A stretch of DNA of 64,000 bases, taken from NCBI GenBank assembly GCA_964016885.1, contig OZ024741.1:116436001-116500000 (forward strand). The letters run 5' to 3'. The DNA is from Eledone cirrhosa (taxonomy: Eukaryota). This document shows positions 27,418-40,412 of the stretch, piece by piece. Within the stretch, counting starts at the first letter, position 1, and each line of letters begins with the position of its first letter. Under the pieces are notes generated by a model. That model was given only the letters and a program-made list of their open reading frames with translations. It ran no database searches and was not told the DNA's origin. The position numbers and the translations under genes are program-made.

Positions 27418-29600
27418 CACATGTTCCTAGATTTTCAGAACTTTCCAGTCGAGAGATATCCACACTATTATCCTTCTTCTCTACCTTCGCCTGACTCCAC
27501 CTTGAATACTGTTGTCCACTGCTGTCTCCTCACAGGAAACAAAGTATTATGAAAATTGAAGAACCTCAAAGGTCAATCAAATAAAAGATGGGTCTCACAA
27601 CAAAATGAGTTTGATTTTTGTTGTGGGCAGATAGCATGGGGTCCAAGCTTTAGATGTACTGTAAAGATGATGCCAACATCATTTGGGCAATGCTGATGGA
27701 ATATTTTCTACATGCAGATAATGTAGCACTCACGGTGGCGTTGGAGAGAATAGAGTTTGAACTTTTCTAGTCGACCACAATAGTCAAGGCCTGTCATGCC
27801 ATCTATCTTTTTTGTGATTGACCTTTGAGGTGCTTCAATTTTCATAATACTTTGTTTCCTGTGAGGAGACCACACTGGACAACAGTATTTAAGCTGCGGT
27901 TGGGTGAAGGTAGAGAAGAGAAGGATAATATTAAGGATATCTCTCGACTAGAAAGTTCTGAGAATCCAGGAACACATTGCGTGGGCCATGCCAGCTTTGC
28001 TGTTTATATGAGTGGTCCAGCTCATGTTATTGACAATCACACCCAAGTCTCTGTTGTTGGATGCCATGAGAGTTTCAGTGTATCCTCTTTTCCAAAGTGG
28101 ATTAATTCAAATTTATCTTCATTCAGCAGCATATCGTTCTTTTCTGCCCATTGGAAAACAGCAAGTAGATCTAATTGAAGGCATGTCCAGTCACCCACTC
28201 CATCGATGACCTTCTGGAGTTTGGAATTATCTGCAAAGATTCTCATGTTTCTGTGCTTGATGACCTTAGTAACATCATTTATATAGATAGTAAAAAGAAG
28301 TGGGCCCAACACAGTGCCTTGTGGAACGCCACTAATGACTTTGGCTGGGCTAGATTGTACTCCTTTGACTACATGTTGGGCTCTGGTTGACAGGAGACAC
28401 TTGATCCATTTCCAGAGACACCAATGTTGGATAGTTTTTTCAGTAGGATGTTGTGATCAACCCTGTCAAAGGCCTTGGCGAAATCAAGGTAGATGACATC
28501 AATGTTGGAGCCCTCTCCCAAAGCTCTCAAAATGTCATCAAAGTGATGCAGTACCTGTGTTAGGCAATCATTTCCCATGTTGGTTGGAGTTCAGCAGATT
28601 GTTGCTTTCAAGTAATGATATGAGAGGTGAGTGAGATTGGATGGTAATTCATGGCAAGGGACTCGTTTCCCTTTTTGAAAACCGGGATAGTAAGTTTTCA
28701 GGTATATATCCAGCATCCAGCAGTATTATTTCTGCAGTACCTCACCCATGGTTTTAGCATTATCTTGAAGAATGCCATTTTCATCAATTAGAGGGCCAAC
28801 ACTGGAGCCAGTGACCTTGTTTTTTTTTTTGGCCCAGGCCTCTTCTGCTGCTCTTTGATTGTTGATGATGGACATCATGCTGCTTTGTAGATTGTTTTTT
28901 TCGATTCTAGTGATGTAATGGGTGTGTTGCTGTTGGCAGTATTTATTGTTGATTTTTTTTTGTTAATTCATTTAATTTTTCTGATAAGTGTTCTTCTATT
29001 TCTAGGGATTCTGCACTTAGATTTGTTTACAGATCTTAATGGGGTGTGTTTTGTACATATATTTGTTACAGTGTCTACAAATGTCTGCCAGGATTTTCCG
29101 ATGTTAATGGGTGTGTATGTGTGTGTACGCATGAAAGACTAATCGACATGTGTAAGATCATGATTGATCGCTTCCCAGTTTGCATTAGGAAGATCCATGG
29201 TGTCAAATGGATGAGCTGGTGAGATGTCATTGGGTTTGCTTTTTGGACAGTGGAATCTCAGATCACAGAGAACAGTATGGTTACTGAACATTAGGTCCAA
29301 GATGTTTGTGTGGGACCTTGTTGGTTCAAGCACAAGTTGAGACAGGAAAAACACATCCATGAAATCAAGAAGCAATTCTACTGCCTCCTTGTCAGGGGTT
29401 GAGGTGGAAAAACCTGGTATCAAGCTGTTTGTGGGTGTATATATAATAACATTAAGAAAGATGCTGATGTTACATAAATCTTTTATTTCAACGGTTCTCT
29501 TATGCAATCCAAGATCCATAATTCATGCATTTGTTATGAGAACGGTATCCTCAAATGAAAATCCGATTTTGTGATATGCCACAAGCAAAAAAACATGTTC
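27418..29600 (-). mobile_element. Decayed CR1-group LINE (endonuclease end plus RT)
   Basis: QLVLEPTRSHTNILDLMFSN, DVIYLDFAKAFDRVDHNILLKKL, LGPLLFTIYIND, IFADNSKL; multiple stops and deletions. Confidence 0.85.
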
Positions 29601-30572
29601 TGTTCGTGAATCTGGACTCATGTACTCTCCACAGAACTGGGGTTGTAAATTGTGGTGACCTGCACCAGGCAATAGTCTATGCGTAGCTAGATATCAACAG
29701 ATAGTGGAAGTAATAAAAGGAATTCTGAGGGAGGGCGATATAATCAGTTCGATGACAGCTACAACACCAACCACATAGCCTACATTGGCCGTTGTAGTAG
29801 CAGTGATAACAATACCCTGTTAATGGCAACAACTACATCCCCACCAGATAGCCAAACAAGCGATAACAACAACACTAATAATGAATTCAATCACTATGAT
29901 GACGGCAACAAAAAACGCTTGGGTGGTATCGGTCATTGTAAATAAATTTCCATAGTCATAATAATAATAATTGTTTCTACTTTTTGGCACAAGGCCAGCA
30001 ATTATCCAGTATATAATAATTGTTTCTACATTTGGCACATTACTGGTACTTTATTTTATCGACCCCGTAAGGATGAAAGGCAAAGTTAACCTCAACGGGA
30101 TTTGAACTCAGACCGTAAAGAGACGTAACTATGCTAAAAAGCATGGCGTTCAACCCTCTACCGATACTGCCAATTCACCGCCCAGTGTATAATAATAATA
30201 ATAATAATTAGTAACAACAATAGTAGTCAGTTGTAACTACAGTGGTATTAATAATAACAATAACAACAACAATGCCCAGACAAAAAAGACTACTAGACTC
30301 TAGATGTGAGTTGTAGGTAGCAAACAAAGGAACAAAAAACATATATATTGGTATATAGATGCAAGTGCAGGTATACATATGGAGAACAAGGAACAAAAGA
30401 ATATAGAACAGGGACCCTCATGGCACGAGTATACAATCCTATATGTACATAACAGAATGGTGGTGATGTGATTTAGAGTGGACGTACACAGGTTTTGTTC
30501 GAGGTTGGTGTTGATGTACGGCCACACCCAGCTCCCATGGTCAAGCTTTGTACTGGACCCTAGTCAGTACAA

Positions 30573-33152
30573 CTATATTGCTAATATGTATAGTCTGAGG
30601 AAGGTTCTAGCTGATCTGTGTTGGCAGGTGCTGAATAGGTTATTTCTTTTATTGATAACTTGTGTTCCCCTCTTGATTATCTCCATAATTTTGGTGACAT
30701 AGAGATTGCATAAATCATGCCCTGCTCCCCTATAGGGTTGGGCTGAGGTGATCTTGGACCATGACAGGGTATATCCAATGTTGCCATGCTTGAGTTGCCA
30801 CACCTGTTTCGAGAGGGCAGTGCTGTTTTTCTTATCCATTCTCTTAAAAGTGTGACAGTGGTTGTACCAGTGTTCCTTAAATTTATTAGCTGTAGCTCCA
30901 ATATAGGTGAAGGTTTGGTTATTGGTACTTACTCTACATTCATAAACTAAGTTACTGCTAAGGCATTTGCCTTCCAGGGGGCATTTACAATTACAATCGG
31001 GGGAGGTGGTGCTGCCTGGATTGCCAGATCATACTGTATGGTTCCGTGGTCACGCCCGGTCCATAGTGTTATTATCGAAGGAAGAAGTATTTGTGTTATA
31101 TACTTCATTAGTTGTTTACCACCCAGAGTCGCGGATGTTTCTTAATCTACTCCAGTTCAAGGTTTCTATGTATTGTGTCAGGTTTCTAGTTCTGGAGTAG
31201 AACAATTTAATTGTGTGCATTTTGAAAATTGTGCAGTACCTGTGCTGTTTTGGGAAGTGCTCATCCAAGGCCCTGAAGAAAGTGGCTGTGAGGTTGCAGC
31301 GTAATCCAGCGCAGAAAGGGGTTTATACCATACAACATTGCGGGAATATGCAACTGCCATGGGTGCATGGAATGGTTGTGCCCTCCACTTTGCCGCTGCC
31401 GATAAGAGCATCCCAAACTGGAGGATTGTAATTAGCAGTGTGGGAGGTGACCCATATGGTCCACATTTCACCGAGCCTGTATTAGGGCTGCGTGGTGCTT
31501 CCCTGTTTACTGCGCTGGCATCCTCGTTTTCCATTGTAGGCGAAGTCAGATCCCTGTTTATTAAACTGTGCCCAGAGTTATTCTTATTTAGGTTTACAAT
31601 TCTTCTAGGATTAGTTGTATTATAAAGTTGTGTAGCTTTACTTCTAGGGATGCGTGTTGTATTCCCAACCGGATCTGCCCCACCGTTGGTTACATTATTC
31701 CTTCGGTTAGGTATATATTTAATTTTCTCTTTGTAACCTGAACTAATCAGGGCATTATTATAATAGTTAACTACATTGTTGAAGATTTCCTGGTTAGCTG
31801 ATAGAGATGATATCCTATGGGAGATGTTATTCACTATGGCCCTCTTGACTGACTTGGGATGGTTAGAGTTCGCATTAACGTACTTAAGGCACTCGTTTGG
31901 TTTGTGGTACAGGTAGTAGAGGCCAGATTCTAAATTGAGGGTTACGCCTAGGAAGTTAACTATTTTTCTATTATCGTCTATATCTATGCTGAAGCCCATG
32001 TTTTTGAAGAATTTAATTAGTATTTATATAATCCTAGTTAGCATGCTGTTGATGTGGTTGAGTAGAGAAAACAGAGCATCATCGCGGTAGATACCACCCC
32101 CTAATGCTGGGATCTCGCTTTTCCAGTTTCTGAGGATGTATATGCCCACCAGGTCAGTAACCTGCACCGAGCCGCTCGATCTCATCGTGATGTCATAATT
32201 GTCTGATCACTCTCTTCTAGTCTACAGCTCACTGTCAAAACCTATTAATGTTTTCCTGGCTGTGTGAATAATGTTGATTTCATCCCGGGTTAAATCTGTG
32301 TGGCTATGTGCAAACATAAGTGCCTTATTGAGTATCACTGGGGAAATTGACACGTAGTAATTACAGATGTCCAACTGGATAAATTTAGTCCTATCTTTGT
32401 TTTGCTGGCCGTTGAACCACTCAATTACATCACCCGTCCTGGACCATTGCTGCAATTGGATCTTATTTTTTAAGTGTTGGTATAATCCTGTCCCGGATTC
32501 TTTTGCTTATATTTCCAATGTCAGACTTTCATGGTATAATAAGCCTGACTGGTTGTTCTGTCTTGAAGTTTGGTTTGTGATCCTTCAGCAAAATACGGGG
32601 TTCCCTGAGTGAGTAAAATCCGGTTCTATCCACAATATTAAGCTTAGTTATTATGCTATTCGACTGCTTGTTGATTTCGTTAAGGTTAGCCTGTGAGGTT
32701 TTCTTGTAATTTTTTTCGAAGTTCCTTTAGAATTAGTTTCTTATATGTTGTTGCATCCATGTTGTAGAGGTTACTTATCTTAACTGCAGGCACGCGAATT
32801 CTGTCTGAGTGTTTAAGTGTAGAAATTCTATTCGCTAGTTTCCTGAGGTGAGGCTGTTCCTTAGATGGGTACCTATTGAAGTTTACACCTGATATAATAT
32901 TGACCATCTCTTTCTCAAAACCCTCCATAAGTTTGTTTTGTGGAGGGTTTTTCCTAGATTTGAACCGAACATAGGGTCTGGGTTGCCAGTGTTAACTTTA
33001 TTTGTATGGATTTTCCAATCGAAATAGGATGTTCTCCACCGCATTCTGCATATAAAGGAGTCAGTTTTAAGGATCAGCTGTCTAGTGTACTCCTTTTTGC
33101 TGGATAAGGGAATGTCCTTTAAGGACTCGGAGATGGTGAATGATTGCATCAT
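30573..33152 (-). mobile_element. Near full-length, frameshifted Penelope-like element of Naiad type (RT plus C-terminal GIY-YIG)
   Basis: SLKDIPLSSKKEY...RMRWR N-terminus; IQLDICNYY; YDITM...DLVGIYIL; IYRDD (32078-32089); VNFLGVTLNL; CNCKCPLEGKCL..LVYECRV...YIGAT..FKEHWYNH...CQH. Confidence 0.88.
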
Positions 33153-33398
33153 ATCTTCAGCTGCTTAGTCTCAAAGTGCTCAACAGTGTTGGAGCTGCAT
33201 GTGTTAAGTAGATTGTTTTAGTAAAAACAGGAGCAAGCAAGAGATAGCGGTAGCACCCACTTTAAGAACCTCTGATCTAACCCTTGTTAGCAGGGAAGAC
33301 GGATGTTAAATGATAAGAATGATGTAGAGATTTCCATTTTAAACAGCAACAACTACAGCAAAATAAAAACTAAATATCACTAATATAATTTGAAAATC

Positions 33399-33568
33399 CT
33401 ATATTTTCTCAGAACTTTTATCTAAGTAATCCTCTTCGGTTGAATTTAAGTCATCGGCTTCAGTAGAATTTAAGTCACCAGCTTCAGTTGAAATTAAGTC
33501 ACCAGCTTCAGTTGAAATTAAGTCATTGTTCAAGTCTTCTATTTTGCTAGTTGGTGTGTAGATCAAAT
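33399..33568 (-). CDS. PUSL1: PUSL1 terminal coding exon with an acidic repeat tail
   Basis: strong polypyrimidine-tacAG acceptor; phase 1 fits; (D)LIYTPTSKIEDLNNDLISTEAGDLISTEAGDLNSTEADDLNSTEEDYLDKSSEKI*; summed CDS 1026 nt = 341 aa + stop. Confidence 0.75.
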
Positions 33569-35559
33569 CTGTAGAATGAAAAATAAAAATAAATAAGACT
33601 AGTGTTGGTGATCCACATGATAAACATGACCAGTACCATCTGTAAAGTGGTTGGCGATAGAAAGGGCATCGAGCTGTAGAAAATCTGTCAAATTGTCAGG
33701 AGGATTTTTCAGTTGTGTCAAGGATATAACAACCTCCCCAATGCTAATGCTATGATAAAATGAACTCTGTAGAGCGTAGGTGCATTTTGTAAGCAAGTTT
33801 CAGATCGCTGGATTGCTGAAGTACTTGGTAGAGTGCACAACATAAATAAGAGAGATGCATGCTCTGGGTCGATCCATGCGGCCATTAGCTCCACTTGAAT
33901 ACTGACTCAATCTGTGACAAACCATGCAAACCTAGCTAGCAGGGAAAATGGACATTAAATGTTGATGATGATGGTGCAGATATGATAGAGAGAATAATCA
34001 ACAAAATGTTAGTAAAAGTTTAAAAAAAAGCATCTGATGCATAACCTACATCAGTGATGCACAATGTAGTCCACAATAGTTTTGCTGGTTAACTGAGTTT
34101 TATGTCCTACTGTGGACACAACATGGTTGAATGATTAAGAAATTTGCTTCATTATTATTAAGTCCCAAGTTGTAGCTTGGGCAAAGTTCAAGTCAGCCTA
34201 TGCCTTGTGAATGAAACTGGATAAACAGAAGCCATTTGGAAGACTATCAAATGTACTGCACATGTAATTCAACAAGTCAGCTTTGTCACACAGTCATACT
34301 GAATCTCCCTGAGAATTACATTAAGGGTACACATGTCAGTGGAAAGCTCAGCTACATGTTAATTTCATGAATAGGCTGTTCCAACAGCCAGAACATTTAT
34401 CATTGAAATTGACCAGTCCATTGTACTCCATATGTGATGTGTTGCCTTTTGCAGTTAACAGTAAATTTATATTTGGTTTTTCCTCATAAATCTGTGGACG
34501 ACCTTTAAGGTTATGCATCTTTGGGATGTGATCACCTGATGGTCATAGAGACATGCGTTAGGTTGTCAACAGAAGTAACAGCTTCCTGAACTTCCATTCT
34601 ATTATTATTCTAGCTACTATGCTCTCGGAGCAACCTCCTCCACTGCTAATTATATATTGTAGTACAAACTTGGTTTAAATATCCAAGGGTTTAGAGTACT
34701 CAGTTTGAGGGACAAGTTATGTATAATCAGTTACAACAGTGGCATACACAGATACTTAAGTTTTGTTGGGTTTAACACCAACTCATTCATTTGGCCATCA
34801 CAATATGGCAGACTGAATGAGTTGGTGTTAAGCCCAATGAAACTTATCCGTGTTGGTGACAATAAAAAGCGTCCAGTCCACTCTGTAAAGAGTCATGACA
34901 AAGAGACTGTAAAGTGGTCGATTTGGTGTCATAATAAAAGACGCCCACTGTAAATGTGGTTGGTGTTAGGAGGGCATCCAGCCATAGAAACCAAACCAGA
35001 AATAGTTCTGTATGAGTAAGAAACAGTCATCTGACCTGACTTGACTCACAATGGGACAATTCATCTAACCTATGCTAGCATGGAAAAATGGACGTTAAAC
35101 GGTGATGAAGATGATGATATATATTTGAAGATTTGGAAATGTGAGAATCCCAAATGTAAACAATAACTGTAATAACAGTTGATCAATATAAATAGTTGAT
35201 AAAATTGGGTGAATTACCCCTAAAAACAGAAGTGGCTAAAGACATCTACAAGGAATCAAATCTTGTATCTCTTGAATACCATTATTGTTACCCTTACTTA
35301 GGGTGGAGTAAAGGTACACTTCTTCCCATCTATTTTACCACTTAGCGAATAGAGTATAGTCACAAGTAAAAAAAGCTTATGTATAATCGAAATTTGAAAA
35401 TGTGAAAATCCCAAACACAGAATACAACTGTAATGACGGTCAATCACTATAAATAATACCTGAGAAAATCGGGTAAGATACCTCTAGAGATGGAAAAAAA
35501 AGGGGCCAAAAGTGCCTATGAAAAATACATATCTTAACAACTATCATCATTATCATTTA

Positions 35560-36039
35560 CTAGCAGAAAAACCACCCGAAGGGTAGTTTTCTGCTAGCAT
35601 GTGTAGTGTATATATTGATATATACACAAGTATATATACATGTAGATATGATACATCAAATAAAATCGTAATTGACAATATACACAGAAATTGAACGAAG
35701 ACTGAGTTACACTGTCTTATGTAATCAGTAACGTAATCCATGATACATTAAAAAAAGACGATATTATATATAAACTGCATTAGGAGAAAATTAGTGACGG
35801 AAATATATGTATGTTTATTTAAGCGATCGTTAACCGGAATTTTTGACATTTGAAAATTTTAAAGAAGTGAATCTTTAAATAAACAAAATATATTTAATCA
35901 ACAGCCACGAAATTTAGTAGATAAATTATGTAATATTCATTCATTATTTATTCAAAGTAATCCAACTTATTTTATTAATGGGATAAAAAAATTATAAACT
36001 GTATGCAGTCCTGCGCTCCTTACTCTATTATAGTTTAGA
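35560..36039 (-). mobile_element. Non-autonomous Helitron, same family as 15459-15965
   Basis: Colinear with the 15.5-kb copy; same TC...hairpin...CTAG ends at an AT site. Confidence 0.85.
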
Positions 36040-36802
36040 TATGCTAGCATGGAAAATAGACGTTAAATGATGATGATGACATCCGTTTCTCCATGTTCAC
36101 AAGGGTTAGACGAATTTTCTCTAGTATTGCATCTCTCCACTTGTTTCTTTTCTTTGTGAGGTGTAGTTTTTTGAGAACAGCTTTCTCTTTAATGGATTCT
36201 TTCCACTTGGAACTTTTGGCCCCTCTTCTCTCAATGATCATCATCCATATACAATACATGTGTGTTTATATCAGTATAAATTAAACAAAACAGATGCATT
36301 GAACAAGGATAACCTGTAGTATTTATGTCAAAGTTATTTATCCTTTTCGAAAAAGAAAATAGAAAAAAGAGAATGGGTGGCTTTTCATTCCTTTGCAATG
36401 CAATTGATAAAATAAATACCTGACAAAGGAGTGAGGTACTCCCTTCAATGTGTCTTTTGTTAACAGTATTGAACACAAACACTTTTAACCCATTTGATAC
36501 CAAACTACCTCTGGTTCTATAATGCTAAGCTGTATATTTAAAGTGTTTATGTTCATCTAAAAATTTTCCATTATAATTTTATATAAGAACTTTTGTTAAG
36601 TTATGTTCTGAATACTAGCTTAATAATGAGAAAATTAGTTGATTACTAAATTTTTCAAACTTCTTGATTATTTTCTAAATTATTCGAAAATCAAAGGCAG
36701 TGTTTTACTTTAAAAGTATGGTAATGCAAGGGTTAAAGGCTATTAAGCATAGCCACACAGTAAAAAAATAAAATCATTTTTTAAAATGAAGGAAATTATC
36801 AC

Positions 36803-36968
36803 CTTTGGGATCATAGTAGACACTGGAGAGATAAAGTCCAGAAGCTGGTAGGCTCTTGATAGTTGTGTCAGTGTCTTTCATGGAAGGATCGAGTAATTTC
36901 TGTCGGATATCATCAACATTCAGATCTCCAAGTGCCACTTGTACCATAGCACCAACCATACGACGGAT
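36803..36968 (-). CDS. PUSL1: PUSL1 coding exon 7
   Basis: IRRMVGAMVQVALG...SLPASGLYLSSVYYDPK; RRMVG and P..GL.L..V.Y motifs. Confidence 0.93.
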
Positions 36969-36994
36969 CTGAAAGAGAGAAGTAGATATACATA

Positions 36995-38507
36995 TAGTCA
37001 ATCAGGTAATACAGGATGGTTTCAGACACAATGACTAGGGCAGCAGTACAATCGTAAATTGTTACAAGGATAAAGGTGATGCCCTAGATGGAGGCAACTA
37101 TAGAGGGATAAAACTAATGGATCAGGTTATGAAAGTGATAGCACAACTAATTAGAGAAAGAGTCAAATTAGTTGAGATGCAGTTTGGTCTTTTGCCTGGG
37201 AAAAGTACTACAGATGTCCTCTTTTTAGTGAGGCAACTACAAGAGAAGTTCTTAGCCAAAAATAAGCCACTATACCTAGCTTTTGACAAAGTACCCTGAT
37301 CTATTATCAGGTGGTCCTTAAGGAAATTGGAAGCAGAAGAATGGTTGGTGAGAGTAGTGCAAGTCATGTACAGAGGAACTGTCAGCAAAGTGAGAGTAGG
37401 AAATGAATTTAGTAAGGAATTCAAGGTACAGTAGAAGTTCACCAAGGTGTATTTCTTAGCCCACCACTATTCATTATAGTTCTCCAGGCCATAACAAAGG
37501 AGTTTAAGACCAGCTGCTCATGGGAACTTCTCTATGTAGATGGTCTGGTCTTTATAGCTAAATCCATTAAAGAACTAGAATATAAGTTCTGACTATGGAA
37601 ACAGAATTTAGTATCAAAAGGCCTGAGAGTAAACTTAGCCAAAACTAAAGTGTTAGTGAGTAGGAGAGAAGATAAAACCTTGATTCCTTCAGGGAAGTAG
37701 CCCTGCTCAATATGTAGTAAGGGTGTAGGCATATACTCCATATGATGTATACACTGTAAATCTTGGGTACACAAGAGATGTAATGGGATAACAAGTAGGC
37801 TAACAGGAAGGGAAGACTTTGTTAGTAGAAGATGCACAGGGGTAATTGAGGGGAAGATAACCAGTGATATAAGCTTACTCCAGTCACAAGAAGGACCCAT
37901 AGAAGTGGTTGATAGCTTCTGCTATCTAGTCAATGTAATTAGCAATGGAGAAAGGTGCTCTGAAAGCATAATAACTAGAATAAGGATAGCATGGAAAAAG
38001 TTCAGAGGATTATTCCCACTGTTAACTACAAAAAGTTTCTCCCTACATCCAAAAGGAGGACTGTATGATGCCTGTGTGCAAAGTGAGATGCTGCATAGTA
38101 GTGAAACATGGTCTGTGACTTCAGAGGACGTGTAGGCTGGAAAGAAATGAAGCAACCATGCTTCATTTGATGTGCAATGTAAGTGTGAGAGAAAAGCAGA
38201 GCTTCAGCGAGTTGAGGGAGAAGCTGGGTATAAAAGGAATCCGAGGTGGTGTGCAGGAGAGAAGACTGTATTGATTTGGAATTATGATGCACATGGACAA
38301 TGATTGAGAAAGAAGTGCCAGGAAATGTCAGTGGAAAGAAATTGCAGTAGAGGTAGACTAAAAAAGATCTGGCAGAGGTTGTGAGAGCTGACCTCAAATC
38401 ACTGAGGTGAAGACAACGGATTGCGACGTGTGGAGAGATGCCATGCCGAGAAGGACCCCTCCAACCAATGCAAGCAGGAAAAGCAGACATAAAAACGATG
38501 ATGATGC
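36995..38507 (+). mobile_element. 5'-truncated, decayed RTE LINE related to the 6817-8748 element
   Basis: KGDALDGGNYRGIKLMDQVMKV, QFGLLPGKSTTD, VDSFCYL; (GAT)n tail. Confidence 0.9.
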
Positions 38508-38735
38508 AGGTCATATATATATACATGTTTTACTTTACAAAGAGAGAGAGAGAGAGAGAGAGAGTTAACAATAAGAATCATAAATTAAGTAAAAGAATAA
38601 ATCAATAATATGAAATCAACTGAGACCTGAAGGGTTTAAATATAACCTAAGTATTTCTTCTCTCTCTCATACACTTTCACTTTTTAATGTCCAAAACATT
38701 AAGATTCTTTTCCTATATCAGGCATTAAACTAATA

Positions 38736-39445
38736 TACAGGGTTGCTTTGAGGACATTTGCATGAATTTAGTAAAAGACATATAAGTCATGAAAGAAGAG
38801 CTTTATTTGATAAAAAAATTGGCATGAATAATCTGGAGACTGAATACAAAGTCTGAAATGTTGACATGCCTGAACCAGACGATTTTTATCTATTTTGGAC
38901 ATTGTGCTAGTTATGGCAGATTTTATAGTGTTATGGGAGCCTTGATTCACTTCCCTCTCAACTATGCCTCATACATAGTAGTCCAATGGATTCAGGTTTG
39001 GAGAGCTAGGAGGTCATATTTTTGCAGCGATCATAGAGATTGTATCTTATCCATTCTTGGGTTATCTTGGCCTTACGAGACAGTGCAGAGTCTTGTTGGT
39101 AGATATACAATCTTCCTTTGCTGAAACTCCCTATTGAAGGCCTCACAATCCTATCCTACACTTTCTTATAGTCAGCAGCATTGTCCCTCAAGCCCTGCAG
39201 AAAGAAATGAGAATGAATGACATCTCCCTTGTTGCTCACAACTCCCAGAAACTTTGTATGCATGACTGTTGGAACATCTTTAGTGTCTCTGCATAACCAT
39301 CTGCCATTCCTTCAGTTGACCTTTTGGTTCTGATTAAAGATTTTCTCATCAGAGAAAAACCAAAGCATTCTAGCCTGTATTGCTCAACAAGCACTTTGTG
39401 AGGATCAGACATGAATTGGCCTCTGTGCATCACATATAACCTGTA
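38736..39445 (-). mobile_element. Tc1/mariner remnant
   Basis: PPSSPNLNPLDYYV-like motif near 38970-39015, then ...KIDKNRLVQACQHFRLCIQ; TA-CAGGGTT / AACCTG-TA ends. Confidence 0.7.
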
Positions 39446-39533
39446 TCAAAGGTAGATGACATTTCATCAGGGTGCCACACTCTAAGAGCAAACTTTAAAA
39501 ACAAGAAAATACAATGAAAAATTAACAAGTTAC

Positions 39534-39759
39534 CTGTCGAAACAAAAAGGACCGACTGTGAATGTGAATCTCCCAAAATTCCAAGCCAGGATTATGTTGT
39601 TTTAAGGCAGTCCTACCAAGTTTTATGTTGATTGAGACTGTCCTAATAGGACAATCATTTTTCTCATGCAGTGACTTGACAGTAGTAAAGGCAGTGAAAT
39701 CATGAGTTCCTACCATCGCTTCAGCAGCACTCATTATTTTCCTTATGTCCACTGGCTTC
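39534..39759 (-). CDS. PUSL1: PUSL1 coding exon 6
   Basis: KPVDIRKIMSAAEAMVGTHDFTAF...PIRTV...SRSFLFRQ; GxHDF and SFLxxQ motifs. Confidence 0.94.
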
Positions 39760-40412
39760 CTAAGAGTAGAAAATCATCATCATTATCATCATTACTACAA
39801 CTGTCACCACAACATCACCATCATCACTACACTACTAATATCACCATCACCTCAACAACATAACACCATCATCACAACACCACCACCATCATTTTTATGC
39901 TAACATGGGTTGGAAGAGACTTTTTTAAGTTAGTATTTTTACAATCGGATGTCACACCTGATGCCAACTCTTTTAGTTTCCCCTTAAGACAACATGTAAG
40001 GGGTCAGTGCACTTAGTTTAAAACCCAGGACACATAAAACAAACAAGCAAATAAAGGGAAAGATTTTAAAAAAATTATCATTTTTATTGTTGCAGTATCA
40101 AAGAAAGTCTAAGGATTTGGTCACACCATATTGTAGGAATAAAAACCCAGAATTAAATCACTGCCAAGCGAACTTCTTAACCAGGGCCTCCAAGAGAAAT
40201 TTTGCAAGGCCATACAAGACTCCTTTGGGGCCTGAAGCAGGCAAAGATTTTTCTCAAAATGGTTGTTGCATTGTTACTGTGGTGCCTTCTTAGTTCTTGA
40301 ACACCAGAACAAAGTACCGGCTGGATGCCTCACTCTGTCATAGGCCCTGTTCTTAACCACCCAGCTATATTGCATTCACACATACATACATATATATATA
40401 TATTTAACCTAC

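Noticed and set aside
32200-32225. In-frame TGA in the Naiad RT as selenocysteine
   Set aside because: Not at an expected Cys position, adjacent to a TAG, in a frameshifted copy; ordinary decay is more likely
33150-33200. Hammerhead at the Naiad 5' end (CTGTTGAG...GAGAC)
   Set aside because: Core and stems too degenerate to support
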